NCBI RefSeq assembly: GCF_039654945.1
Contig: NW_027361671.1
Coordinates: 62,868,001-62,932,000, forward strand
Direction: 5' to 3'
Length of the DNA: 64,000 nucleotides
Origin: Dendrobates tinctorius
Lineage: Eukaryota
Under the pieces are notes generated by a model. That model was not told the DNA's origin, ran no database searches, and saw nothing but the letters and a program-made list of their open reading frames with translations. The translations under genes and the position numbers were made by a program. Shown in pieces: positions 1 to 12,933 of this stretch; the stretch's first letter is position 1, and the number at the start of each line of letters is the position of its first letter.

Positions 1-865
1 CTGATCCATATTTGGCGGCATTGTCCAGGGATAAAGAGTTTCTGGGGAGAAGTATTCTCGAATTATAATAATATATCAGGAGATGATACAAACCCCACCC
101 CATAGATGGCCATCCTGTCCATGCTACCGGGATCAATTGCAAAACAAAAAAATAGCCTCCTGAGATTTTGCCTGATGGCAGCCCGCATGGTTATACCTAG
201 ACATTGGCGTACAACGAAAATCCCGTCCATGATTGAATGGCTAACAGAATTCTCACATATCCACCATATGGAGGAATTGTTTGCACAGGCTTTGGGTGAT
301 AACTCGAGGTATTTACGGACATGGCAACCCTGGATTTTATTCAGGGACTCAAGGAGTTTCGGGGCTCTCATGAAGAAAGGGGAAGTACTTTCCCGGTAGT
401 GAGGTTTCTCATTGGCACTCCTGGGTTGGTTTCAGAGAGTAGCGGAGGCATTGTCCTTCATTTCCCTTCCCATTTTTTCTTTCCTTTTCTTCTTACCCTC
501 CTTTTAATTCTGACGTAATAACATAAGCAATCATAAATGCTTTCAGGGATAAATGATGATAAACTGGGCGGATACTATAGATAATTACAGCAATTAGAAA
601 TAGACTTCCACAGTCGAAATAAATATTGAAATGAAGCAACAGGTGGTGAAAAATGTGAAATGCTAGGAAAAGAACAGAAGAGATGAGCATTGAACCTATA
701 TAGTATTAATCAGTAAAAATGATTCTGTGATGATACCATATTTGCGTGAAGCAGGATGCGTATTATTTTGAGAAGTCTTGTAATTACTTAGTCTATATAT
801 ATGTTTGCATTTGTGATATGTTGTACTGTATTATTACTTTAATAAAAAAGAGATTAAACATAAAA
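1..865 (+). mobile_element. 3' end of an L1/Tx1-like LINE (ORF2 C-terminus, 3' UTR, A-rich tail)
   Basis: ORF 106-399 (CLMAARMVIPRHWRTTKIPSMIEW...YLRTWQPW) resembles the vertebrate L1 ORF2 C-terminus; AATAAA and an A-rich end at ~841-865. Confidence 0.7.
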
Positions 866-998
866 CTCATATAATAGCCATAAATAGTTTTATACCTCAT
901 GTACACACATGACAGCTTATTTAGAAAAGCTCCAGAAATAAGAGCTACAAGGAAATGAGTAAGCAAACTTGGCTTGCATAATGCGGGGAAGTAATCTC

Positions 999-1317
999 TT
1001 AAAGTGAACCTGACACGAGTTACAGCCACCGCCTCTCAGGGCTTATCTACAGCATTCTATAATGCTGTAGATAAGCCCCAGATCTGACCTGTAAGAGAAG
1101 AAAAATAAGTTTTATTATACTCACCTGTGGGGCGGTTCGATCCGATGGGTGTCGCAGGTCCTGGTCCAGCGCCTCCCATCGTCTTGCGATGCTGCCCTGC
1201 AGGTGAGTATAATAAAACCTGGGGCTTATCTACAGCACTATAGAATGCTGTAGATAAGCCCTGAAAGGCGGTGACCGTAATTTGTATTGGCAACATCTGG
1301 TGACAGGTTCTTTTTAA
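999..1317. mobile_element. TTAA-flanked palindromic MITE (T2/Kolobok-like)
   Basis: Ends TTAAAGTGAACCTGACA ... TGACAGGTTCTTTTTAA; internal palindromes GGGCTTATCTACAGCA...TGCTGTAGATAAGCCC at ~1039 and ~1221. Confidence 0.65.
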
Positions 1318-1471
1318 TCAGTGTGGTCATATTTATGATATGATATTCCATAGAATAGGTAATAAATTACAAATCATTGGGGGTCCCTACTGATCATCAG
1401 AAAATGGGCCCTGTGCTCATTTGACTAAAGCAGCCAACCTCACAAGTTGCCCCTTTGTCCCATGAGTCTAA

Positions 1472-1877
1472 AGGGGGCTTTACACATAGCGATATCGCTA
1501 GCAATATCGCTAAAGCGTCACCTATTTTGTGACGCAGCTGCAATATTGCTAGCGATATCGCTATGTGTGTTACTTACCTCCGACCGGCTCCCCCGCTGAC
1601 TATCGCTGATCGCGTGAGATCGTCCGCGTCCATTTCTCGTTGGCCGCTTCCTGCTGGGCTTCTTGCTGGCGCCGACGAGCGACGTGTGGACGCGGGCGGG
1701 AGGACATCATCAACGCTGCGTCTGAAAGGTAAATAACGACTGCTGCTGCGTCGCTATGTCGCTGTGAGATGTGCCTGTGTGGCAGCTCACTAGCGACCAT
1801 TTAGCGATGCACCAGCGATCCTGACCGGGTCGTATCGTTGTCGGGATCGCTGGTGCATCTCTAAATGTAAAGGGGGC
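1472..1877. mobile_element. PIF/Harbinger-like MITE
   Basis: GGGGGCTTTACAC start and TGTAAAGGGGGC end, TAA/TTA flanks, repeated AGCGATATCGCT subterminal palindromes. Confidence 0.65.
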
Positions 1878-2190
1878 TTAAGACAGACGAAGATAGCCAA
1901 GTATAATACTGTGAGTCTTTCAGACTTTGATTGGAGCAGCGGGCCATTTTCATCAGCAGAGATTTCAGTTGTCTCACATGGTCAGAGTGTCTAGACCCCC
2001 AGCAAACAACAAATAATTAACTTTTCGGCAGGTAGGTATTAAGTTGCTATTGTTGGAATTAGGAAGTAGTATATTATTATTTGCTTAGAACTCTTCCTGG
2101 TAGTGATTCACCCTGTTCTGCAAGTAAACATGGGAAAAGATTGTAACAAAACACCTGTTATCCATGGTCAATATTAATGTTGTATCCTAA

Positions 2191-2516
2191 GGGTGTGTGC
2201 ACACGCTGCGGATTCTGCTGCGGATCCGCATTATATCCTATGGGAAATGGAAACCGCAGTGCAGACGGTGCGGATTTTTCCCGCGCAGATTTGCTGCGGT
2301 TTCTAATCCACAGAAAGAATTGACATGTCAATTCTTTCTGCAGATTCCGCTGCGGTTTACCATCTCCTCCATTGTAGAGGTGATAAACCGCAGGGCAAAA
2401 CCACAGGCTAATGCGCAGATAAACCGCAGGTCTTTTGACCTGCAGATTTAGCTGCGGATTTTGCTAAATCCGCGCGGATCAGTCTGCAGCAGAATCCGCA
2501 GCGTGTGCACACACCC
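2191..2516. mobile_element. PIF/Harbinger-like MITE
   Basis: Perfect ~30-bp TIR GGGTGTGTGCACACGCTGCGGATTCTGCTG; TAA/TTA flanks. Confidence 0.85.
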
Positions 2517-3057
2517 TTACACTTAACACAATAGAGTCTGGAATAGACCAGGACCCATAGCTTACAATAGGCAGCATAGTAGTATAATTGCAGAGAGCAA
2601 CCATAATGTATGAGTCAGACATATTTTCATATAACGAAAATGGAAACCTCTTACTTTATCGCAGCTCTGAGGCCCAAGAAAAAATTAAATAAAGAAAATG
2701 TACGTATGGATGACATTTCCACTATCTAATAGAGACAGGGTTTGTGCTCTTTATTTCTGGTATATCTCAGGCTAATCTTCTCGCCATATAAAGTATTTTC
2801 ATCTATTAATGACAATTAACTTATCGCACATCCACGTCACTGCAAGTTAAAATGTATGTTTGATTGTTATCCACTGGAACTAGACAATGAAAGTTCCTAT
2901 AATTGACAGCAAGCAGAGGTTTTCCAAATCAAATTGTGACAGGATAGAATAAGCTTCTCTCAGGTTTTGCAAATTAGAAGGCGGTATTGACATGCTTTAT
3001 AAACCCATTCTGCCTCATTGCAGTGTTCTCAATCTTTCATATTTTCTAGAGCAGTAA

Positions 3058-3556
3058 GGCCTGTTTCACACTTCGGCTTTTTTTGTTCAGTTGCAATCCG
3101 CCAAAGATGGGAAAAACGGATCTGTTTCTGTTGTGACGCCAACATATGTCACCGGACCGTTTTTTTTGACGGATCAGCTGAAGTAGGAAAGGTTTGGAAA
3201 TTTAAAGGAATCGTGTCCTGGAAAAGGGGAGAGAGAGAGAGATTTTTCCACGGCCTTTTCGGAACGCTATTCAGGGTTAAAATCCCTGCTAGAGCAAGTC
3301 TGCCTGGCATGCGCAATACAAAATAGCGGACCGTCGCTCTGAAAAAAATGAGTCCGTCTCCTCCGCCCGGGAGCCGCTAAAATTCTGTTGGATCCATCAA
3401 AAAACGGGTGAGACGGACGACCGTCAATCAAAATCCGCTGCTAATGTAAGTCTATGGGGGGAAAAAACTGATCCGCCAAAAAAGGGGCAAATCCGTTTTT
3501 TTTCTAAAAGTGGCGGACTTTGACTAACGTCAAAAAACAGAAATGTGATACAGGCC
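3058..3556. mobile_element. PIF/Harbinger-like MITE (GGCCTGTTTCACA family)
   Basis: TIR GGCCTGTTTCACA / TGTGATACAGGCC; TAA duplicated on both sides; same family at 56651 and 59284. Confidence 0.85.
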
Positions 3557-5984
3557 TAATGCAATTCAAATTTCAAAATATTTCATGTTTACATAATATA
3601 GCGCTAGTTTGCTACTTTATTTGTTGGACATTTTACTGAAACCGCTTCCTGTGTCTTCCTCAAACGCAACCGAGTAGAAACCCTACACCAGGTATACAAG
3701 AAAGCACTTCGAACATTACGAAGATCAGGACTTCCAAAAAACAGATGCCATTCTTCTTGTGACCCATTGTTTGTGCCCTTCCATTTACTAACTTTGTATG
3801 TTGTATCTACAGTGTACAGCACTTCAATAGAGCAATAGGAGGAAAAACTGTCTACAGAAGTGCACCCAAAGTCCAGTCATGCAAATAGTCATAAGATCAC
3901 ATATAGCATAAGGAATGAACTTCATGAATAATGCAGTAATACATAGAGGTCATTATCATATTGCATCAAACTTGTAAACCAAAATGAGAAGAGGGTTAAA
4001 AAAAAAGCAGTTGAGGTAAATATTTTTTCTTTATACTTTACCTCTGTTATGTTTATAAAGCTGTGTTTGCATGATTTTGTGATGCTAGTCACCAATCACA
4101 AACAGACCGTGAGGCAGAAGAGTCAGACATTACGGAGTCTATACCAAGATAGTACGTAGATAGCCTAGGGAAAATATGAATGCGTAAGTCAGGTCACTAT
4201 CAAGGGTCAATAACAAGAGATAGTGATTCAAAAGCGAAAGGACAAGGCAAAGGGATAGTCAGGACAAGGTCCAAAGGGTCAGGCAGCAGAAGATCAGAAA
4301 TCAGGGCAACAGAATCAAGCTAACACTCACCAAGAAGCACAAACTACATCTGGCAAGGATCAGGGGCAGACAGCTCAATTACATAGCTGGGCAATCACCA
4401 GATCACCGAAAGTCTTGCACCTCCCAGTTACAGATTGGACAGCTGAACTGTCAATCAAAGCACCGACATCCCAACAAGCCCATTGCAGGATTGGACAGGC
4501 AAGCTGTCATTCAAGACACCGACAACTTGGCAAGACAGTTTCCACAGAAAAGCATAGAATTCACTTACTGAGCAGAGGAACAGTGACAGTACCCCCCTTT
4601 TCTAGGGAGGCCAATGGACCACCAAGTTTCCCAGGAAACCTGTGATGGAAGGCCATGACCAGACCATCAGCGTTTACAGCTCGAGAAGGGACACAAGATC
4701 TCTCTTCCAGACTGTAACCTCTCCAATGAATGAGGTACAGGAGGGAATTACGGACTTTCCAGGAATCAACAATCTTTTATTCTTCAAACTCCACACTGTT
4801 ATTGACAGAAAGCGGTGAAGGCGGAGATGAAGGAGACAAAATGGAAGGGACAAACTCTTTTAGCAGTGATTTATGGAATACATTTGGAATGTGAAAAGAA
4901 GGAGGGAGGTTTAATCTGAAAGCCACTGGTGTTGTGAACTCATTTTCTGGTTTACCTCTGGCTTTTGGTGAGGGTGTTGGAGCTGGCTGTGTTGACAGAG
5001 GAGTCGTGAGTTCTCCATCCGGGCTCCCTCTAGTGATGCCAGTAGGTAATGAAGCTGATCTAAATGGCAGAGACCTGCCACCTGAGGAGGAGGACTGTGA
5101 GTTGACATCAGGAGTCTCTGACTGGATTTAAGACAGCCGACTCCCTAATTTTGTGCTGGTGATTTTTTCTGCCCTGAAGTTCTAGTTTCCAGTTCTGTTC
5201 CTGCCTTCTCAAGCTAAGTGTGCTCTGCTATTTTTTCACATGAGATTTGGTCTGGTTTACTCAGTTTTTGTGGTCAGCCAGCCCCTGCTGGGGCTGTGCT
5301 GAATTTCCATTCTTATGTCTCTGTTTCTGCCAGTTTGCTTTTTGTCCCTGATCAGATTGGTCTCTTTTTGCTCTGTCTTCAGAATATACCAGAGTGCTGA
5401 TATAGGGAATTGAAGCCTAGCGACTTCAGAGTTTTTGTTATCAGAAATTGTTGGACATTTTTTGGCAGGGTTTTGTGCGTGATTGCAGACAGCATCTTTC
5501 CTTTCCTGTCTTTTCTAGTTAGTGTGGGCCCCATCGTTTGCTCAGCCTATTTTTCTATCTGTGTTTGTGTTTTCATCTTGTCTCACCAACAATAAATGTT
5601 TGGGGGCTGTCTATTGCTTTGGGGTCTGCTCTGGGGCAGTTTAGATTTCCCCTTTTCTTGCTTTAGGCTTATTTAGTTCTCCGGCTGTGATGAGGCGTCT
5701 AGGATCATCGTAGGTACGCTCCACGGCTACTGCTAGTTGTGTGGATAGGATCAGGGGTCTGCAATCCGCTTAGTTACCAACCTCTCTGGTTTTCTGTGGC
5801 TTAGCTTGTTTTTGTTTTTCTTCCTCGGTGACTCATTCATAACAGATATGATGATAAATGGGAAAGATGCAACCAAGCCGTCAGGAAGAACAGAATTCTG
5901 ATAATAAAATTAATAACCTGAGGCTGAAAAGAGCTTTTTTTGATATGCTTGATTATTTTATTGAAAATAACAGTCACACAAATC

Positions 5985-6021
5985 ACCCAACGTTTCGGCT
6001 TTACTAGCCTTTTTCAAGGGT
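5985..6021 (-). ncRNA. Minimal hammerhead-ribozyme-like motif (left arm copy)
   Basis: Reverse complement of 7590-7626. Confidence 0.5.
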
Positions 6022-7589
6022 ATCTTATCTAGGTAAAACAAAAAATAAACACCAAATCACACAATATGAATTATTATACAAAATAAATGAATTGCTGACT
6101 GATACATATTTATATAAATATTAAATCTATGATATTGTAGACATATCACTCAAATAGCAAAGTTATAGATAGTTCTGATATCCATCATTGGAGGCAGTTC
6201 ACATTGAGCAGAAAAAAATATATATATTGACAAAAAGGTCAAAAAATTCACTAGAACCTAAGGCAGTTTCTGGTATCTCACCAGTGTGGTATAGAAAGAG
6301 GAAAAATATATATATAAAAAAATTTTGTATATACCTGTGTAACCGTGAGGATAATGATAAGATTCTAGAAAAAGGAAAGGAAAAACAAAGTTTTTGACAA
6401 ATGAAACCAAGTCCATAAAAAACATATTATATACACCACCATTATTGTGAAGCAATCAATTCCAGATGACAAACCTCTAAGCAGGATAAGCGGTAGAACA
6501 GGACAGCGCCGCAGTCAAGGGAGAAGTGAATAGAACACCAGTGAATGAAACTATTTAAAGCATTTTAATCAGGAAAATGTGAAGCAGCTGAAAAGATAAG
6601 CTAGCAGTAAAGGCGCGTGAGCAGACCATCAGTCAGGACGGAAGTGTGGCATGTCAGAAAAAGCAAAGAGAAATAAACGATGTATGAGACATCTGTGTAT
6701 GTGCACATGCGTCGTCCTGCACTAAAGACGGAAGTGGGGCATGTTCAGACCAGAAGAAAGGCTTGATAGCCAGCGAAATATTGAAAGCAATTATCTGTAA
6801 AGAATGTCTGTAAAGAATATCTATGGAATGTTCATATTAGATGCAGTAATATGCGTGTCCACTATGTGAATAAACATACTATATAGAAAAAATATTATAA
6901 AACGCGCTGTGCACATACACAGATGTCTCATACATCGTTAATTTCTCTTTGCTTTTTCTGACATGCCACACTTCCGTCCTGACTGATGGTCTGCTCACGC
7001 GCCTTTACTGCTAGCTTATCTTTTCAGCTGCTTCACATTTTCCTGATTAAAATGCTTTAAATAGTTTCATTCACTGGTGTTCTATTCACTTCTCCCTTGA
7101 CTGCGGCGCTGTCCTGTTCTACCGCTTATCCTGCTTAGAGGTTTGTCATCTGGAATTGATTGCTTCACAATAATGGTGTATATAATATGGTTTTTATGGA
7201 CTTGGTTTCATTTGGCAAAAACTTTGTTTTTCCTTTCCTTTTTCTAGAATCTTATCATTATCCTCACGGTTACACAGGTATATACAAATTTTTTTATATA
7301 TATATTTTTCCTCTTTCTATACCACACTGGTGAGATACCAGAAACTGCCTTAGGTTCTAGTGAATTTTTTGACCTTTTTGTCAATATATATATTTTTTTC
7401 TGCTCAATGTGAACTGCCTCCAATGATGGATATCAGAACTATCTATAACTTTGCTATTTGAGTGATATGTCTACAATATCACAGATTTAATATTTATATA
7501 AATATGTATCAGTCAGCAATTCATTTATTTTGTATAATAATTCATATTTTGTGATTTGGTGTTTATTTTTTGTTTTACCTAGATAAGAT

Positions 7590-7626
7590 ACCCTTGAAAA
7601 AGGCTAGTAAAGCCGAAACGTTGGGT
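7590..7626 (+). ncRNA. Minimal type I hammerhead-ribozyme-like motif
   Basis: ACCC-TTGAAAAA-GGCT-agtaa-AGCC-GAAACGTT-GGGT: stem I, variant core, stem II, GAAA and palindromic AACGTT, like minimal hammerheads of Penelope-like elements. Core deviates from CUGANGA. Confidence 0.55.
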
Positions 7627-7871
7627 GATTTGTGTGACTGTTATTTTCAATAAAATAATCAAGCATATCAAAAAAAGCTCTTTTCAGCCTCAGGTTATTA
7701 TTTTTATTATCATTCATAACAGAATCACCAGCCATACGGCAGAATCTAGGGTACTCAAAAGCAGGAAAAAAAAAATTGTTGTAAAAAAAAAAGTGTCAGA
7801 ATTTTTTTTTTTTTTTTAATATATGTATTTTTCCTTTTTTTCTCTGGGGCCGTAGGAGGATTTTTTCCTTA

Positions 7872-10800
7872 ATGGAGATTAAGCAATTGTCTGATCGCGT
7901 GGAGCAGCTCGCTGCTGAAGTGCAGGGAATTTCCGCCTATCTCGCTGAATCTCATGCTGTTGAACCAAAAATCCCTACTCCTGATGTGTTTTCCGGGGAT
8001 CGGTCTAAATTTTTGAATTTTAAGAATAATTGTAAATTATTTCTTGCCTTGAAGCCTAACTCATCGGGGAGCTCTGCGCAGCAGGTTAAAATTGTCATCT
8101 CCTTGCTGCGCGGCGATCCCCAGGACTGGGCGTTTTCTTTGACACCTGAAAATCCTATTCTGACTAATGTGGATGCATTTTTTCAAGCCTTGGGGTTGTT
8201 GTGTGATGAACCTAATGCTATTGATCAAGCTGAGAAAGCCCTATTGGCGTTGAACCAGGGTCAGGATTCTGCAGTGTTATACTGTCAAAAATTCCGAAAG
8301 TGGGCGGTCCTTACTACATGGAATGATGGTGCCTTGGCAGCTCTCTTTCGCAAGGGTTTATCAGAAACCGTAAAAGATATTATGGTGGGATTTCCTGTTC
8401 CCTCTGGTCTTGACGATTCTATGTCATTAGCCATTCAAGTTGATCAGCGTTTACGTGAACGTAAAACTACACGAGAGGTGTTGCCACCTTTTCAACAAAT
8501 GTCTGAACCTGTGTAATGTGATAGAGTTTTGTCTAGGGTGCAATGTCAGGAGTATAGAAGGTGTAATAAGCTGTGTTTTTTCTGTGAAAATGCCTCTCAT
8601 ATTATTTCTGTCTGCCCTAAACGAGAGAAACGTTTTGCACACACATTTGCTGTGGGTGGCGTACAACCTAAGTTTCTTTTGGCAATTACTCTGATCTGCT
8701 CCTTATCCACATTTTCCGCCAAGGCTTTTGTGGATTCAGGAGCGGCTTTGAATCTGATGGATTTGGATTTTGCTAAACGTTGTGGTTTTCCCATGATACC
8801 TCTGCGGACGCCTATTCCTTTGAGGGGTATTGATGCTACTCGTTTGGCGGAGAATAAACCTCAGTTTTGAACCCAGGTGATAATGCGGGTCACCCCAGAC
8901 CACCAAGTAAATTGTAGATTTTTGGTACTGCATAATTTGCATGATACTATTGTTCTGGGTTTTCCCTGGTTGCAAATCCATAATCCAGTTTTGGATTGGA
9001 AATCTGTCTGTGGTGAGTTGAGGCTGTCGGTGTGCTCTTGGTGACACTCCTGTTCCTGACTATTTGGCTGATTTTTATGATGTATTTAGTGAGAGTAAGT
9101 CTGCGTCCCTGCCTCCTCATAGGAGTTATGACTGTGCAATTGAGTTGAGGACCGGGTGTAAATTTCCCAAAGGTCGGCTTTTCAACTTATATGTACCTGA
9201 ACACGAGGCTATGCGATCTTATATTAAGGAGTCATTGGAGAAGGGTCATATTAAACCATCCTCTTCACCCTAAGGTGCTGGGTTTTTTTTTCGTGGCTAA
9301 GAAAGATGGTTCATTAAGGCCTTGTATTGACTATCGATCCCTTAACAAGATTACGGTTAAATATCAGTATCCGTTACCCCTGATTTCTGATTTATTCAAG
9401 GTGCCTGCTGGTTTACTAAGCTTGACCTCAGGGGGGCGTATAATCTTATGCGCATCAAGCATGGAGATGAATGGAAGACGGCGTTTAATACTCCGGAGGG
9501 ACATTTTGAGTACCTGGTGATGCCTTTTGGGCTCATTAATGCCCCTTTTGTCTTCCAATTCTTCATGAATGATATTTTCCGGGACTTTGTGGATAAGTTT
9601 TTGATCATCTATTTGGATGATATTCTGATCTTTTCCAGTGATTGGGATTCTCATGTGGAACATGTTTGGACTGTGTTCTGGATTTTGAGGGAGAATTCCC
9701 TGTATGTTAAGGGATCGAAATGCCTTTTTGGTGTACAGAGGATTTCATTTTTGGGATTTATTTTGTCTCCGTCAACTATTGAAATGGACCCGGCCAAGGT
9801 ATAGGCCATTTATGATTGGGTTCAGCCCACTTCTTTGAAGGCTCTCCAGAAGTTTTTGGGTTTTGCTAATTTTTATCGTAAATTTATAGCTAATTTTTCT
9901 GGTATTGCAAAACCACTGACTGATCTGACCAAGAAGGGCGCTGATGTGCTGAATTGGTCTCCAGAGGCTGTTTTGGCATTTCAGGAGCTGAAGCGGAGGT
10001 TTACTTCTGCTCCGGTTTTACGGCAACCTGATGTCTCACTTCCATTTCAGGTAGAGGTAGATGCTTCGTAGATTGGTGCAGGAGCTGCTTTGTCCCAAAA
10101 AGATCCGGTGACTTCTAAAATTAATCCCTGTGCCTTCTTTTCCCGAAAGTTCTCCCCATCTGAACGCAACTATGATGTGGGGAATCGGGAATTGTTGGCC
10201 ATGAAGTGGGCACTTGAGGAGTGGAGACATTGGTTGGAGGGAGCTAGACATCAAGTTGTGGTCCTCACTGACCACAAGAATTTGATTTACCTGGAGTCGG
10301 CCAAACGCTTGAATCCTAGACAGGCTAGGTGGGCCTTGTTTTTCACGCGTTTTGATTTTGTGGTCTCCTTTCTTCCGGGTACTAAGAATGTTAAGGCAGA
10401 CGCCGTTTCTAGGAGTTTCATTGCTGATTCTCCTATTGTGACCAAACCTACTACCATCCTAGGTGAGGGGGTAGTTCTTTCTGCCATCTCGCCCGATTTG
10501 AGACATGCCCTGGAAGAATTTCAGGAGGACAAACCTGAGCGTTGTCCTATGGGAAAATTGTATGTTCCTGACCAGTGGAGGAAGAGAGTGATGTCTGAAG
10601 TTCATTGCTCCGCGTTGACTGGTCATCTAGGTATTTTTGGTACCAGAGATTTGGTGAGTCGGTCTTTTTGGTGGCCCGCCTTATCTCGTGATGTCAGGAA
10701 TTTTGTGCAGTCTTGTGGGACTTGTTCCCGTTCTAAACCCTGTTCTTGTTCTAGTGGGTTATTGATGCCCTTGCCGGTGCCCAAGAGGCCATGGACCCAT

Positions 10801-11843
10801 ATCTCAATGGATTTTATTTCTGATCTTCCTGTCTCTCAGAGAGTGACTGTTATCTGGGTGATTTGTGATAGATTTTCTAAGATGGTCCATCTTGTACCAC
10901 TCCCAAAGCTGCCATCTTCCTCAGAGTCGGTGCCCTTGTTTTCACAACAGGTGGTTCGGTTGCATGGGATTCCTGAGAACATTGTGACGGACAGAGGAGT
11001 CCAGTTTGTCTCCAGATTTTGGAAAGCTTTTTGTTCCAAGCTGGGAATTCAGTTATCCTTCTCCTCTGCGTTTCACCCACAGACCAATTTGAGATGTTTT
11101 ATATCTGCTGATCAGGATGATTGGGTCTCATTTCTGCCCTTGGCCGAATTCTCCCTAAATAATAGAGCTAGTTCTGCCACATTGATGTCGCCCTTTTTCT
11201 GTATCTTTGGGTTTCATCCTCGATTTTCTTCAGGGCAAGTGGAATCTTCAGCCTGCCCAGGTGTTGACACTGTGGTAGAGAGAATGCAGCAGATTTGGGA
11301 CCAAGTGGTGGATAAGTTATCCCTCTCTCAAGAAAAGGCCCAGCGGTTTTCCAACCGGCATAGGACCATTGGTCCCCAGTTTAAAGTGGGTGATATGGTT
11401 TGGTTGTCGTCAAAAATATCTCTATGAAGGTTGCGTCTCCAAAGTTCAAACCAAGATTTATTGGACCTTATAGGATTTTAGAGATTCTTAACCCGGTTTC
11501 TTTTCGATTGGCTCTTCCAGTTACGTTTAAGATCCATAACGTGTTTCATAAGTCTCTGTTGAAGAGGTTTGTTGAGCCAGTGGTTCCTATGGCGGCACCT
11601 CCTGACCCTGTGTTGGTTGAAGGTAATGTGTCAATATGAGGTAGAGAAAATACTGGATTCTCGTCTGGCTAGACGGAGACTCCAGTATTTGGTCAAGTGG
11701 AAGGGTTATGGCCAGGACAATTCTTGGGTCTCTGCCTCTGACATTCATGCCGATAGATTGGTTCGTGCTTTTCACCGGGCTCATCCTGATCGGCCTGGTG
11801 GCGTGGATGAGGGTTTGGTGACCCCTCCTCAAGGGGGGGGTAC
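7872..11843 (+). pseudogene. Disrupted gag-pol of element B
   Basis: Fragments with Gag (PDVFSGD), protease (FVDSGA), RT (YLDD), RNase H (EVDAS), integrase (H2C2, SMDFI, VTDRG) and chromodomain ([10 protein letters not shown]...YLVKWKGY); many stops and frameshifts. Confidence 0.95.
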
Positions 11844-12933
11844 TGTTGTGAACTCATTTTCTGGTTTACCCCTGGCTTCTGGTGAGGGTGGTGGAGCTTG
11901 CTGTGTTGACAGAGGAGTCGTGAGTTCTCCATCTGGGCTCCCTCTAGTGGTGACAGTAGGTAATGAAGCTGATCTAAATGGCAGAGACCTGCCAACTGAG
12001 GAGGAGGACTGTGAGTGGACATCAGGAGTCTCTGACTGGATTTAAGACAGCCGACTCCCTAATTTTGTGCTGGTGATTTTTCCTGCCCTGAAGTTCTGGT
12101 TTCCAGTTCTGTTCCTGCCTTCTCAAGCTAAGTGTGCTCTGCTATTTTTTCACATGAGATTTGGTCTGGTTTACTCAGTTTTTGTGGTCAGCCAGCCCCT
12201 GCTGGGGCTGTGCTGAATTTCCATTCTTATGTCTCTGTTTATGCCAGTTTGCTTTTTGTCCCTGAGATTGGTCTCTTTTTGCTCTGTCTTCAGAATATAC
12301 CAGAGTGCTGATATAGGGAATTGAAGTCTAGCGACTTCAGGGTTTTTGTTATCAGAAAGTGTTGGACATTTTATGGCAGGGTTTTGTGCGTGATTGCAGA
12401 CAGCATCTTTCCTTTCCTGTCCTTTCTAGTTAGTGTGGGCCCCATCGTTTGCTCAGCCAATTTTTCTATCTGTGTTTGTGTTTTCATCTTGTCTCACCGA
12501 CAATACATGTTTGGGGGCTGTCTATTGCTTTGGGGTCTGCTCTGGGGCAGTTTAGATTTCCCCTTTTCTTGCTTTAGGCTTATTTAGTTCTCCGGCTGTG
12601 ACGAGGCATCTAGGATCATCGTAGGTACGCTCCACGGCTACTGCTAGTTGTGTGGATAGGATCAGGAGTCTGCAATCCGCTTAGTTACCAACCTCTCTGG
12701 TTTTCTGTGGCTTAGTTTATTTTTCCTCCTTGGTGACTCATTCATAACACACTGGGTTAGCTACCTCCAAAATCTCATATGGACCAATATACATAGGACC
12801 CGACATCACTGATGGCACTTTCAATTTAATAGTTTTGGAAGAAACCCAGACCTTATCACCAACCTTGAATATGGAACCCCCATGAACGCTTCCTGACAGC
12901 TTGTTTGCTTAAATGCGAATCGAGCAGTCCTTG

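Larger units (their letters stand above)
5847..7709. mobile_element. Long hairpin insertion, probably a non-autonomous Penelope-like element (inverted pLTR pair)
   Basis: 5899-6707 and 6908-7712 are near-perfect reverse complements around a 200-bp spacer; each arm has a hammerhead-like motif followed by AATAAA; flanked by duplicated TCATTCATAACAGA. Confidence 0.75.
4930..12749 (+). mobile_element. Gypsy element B: full-length but decayed chromoviral LTR retrotransposon
   Basis: LTRs 4930-5844 and 11844-12749 (TGTTGTGAA...TTCATAACA, highly similar); PPT AAGGGGGGGGTAC before the 3' LTR; CACTGG on both flanks. Confidence 0.95.

Noticed and set aside
3604-3822. Minus-strand coding exon with a hydrophobic C-terminus
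   Set aside because: Two frames are similarly open, no homology is recognised and no partner exons could be linked.
5899-7712. Foldback DNA transposon or MITE
   Set aside because: The arms are not flush with the insertion ends (50-bp asymmetric tail), the duplication is 11-14 bp, and the arms carry hammerhead-like and poly(A) motifs.
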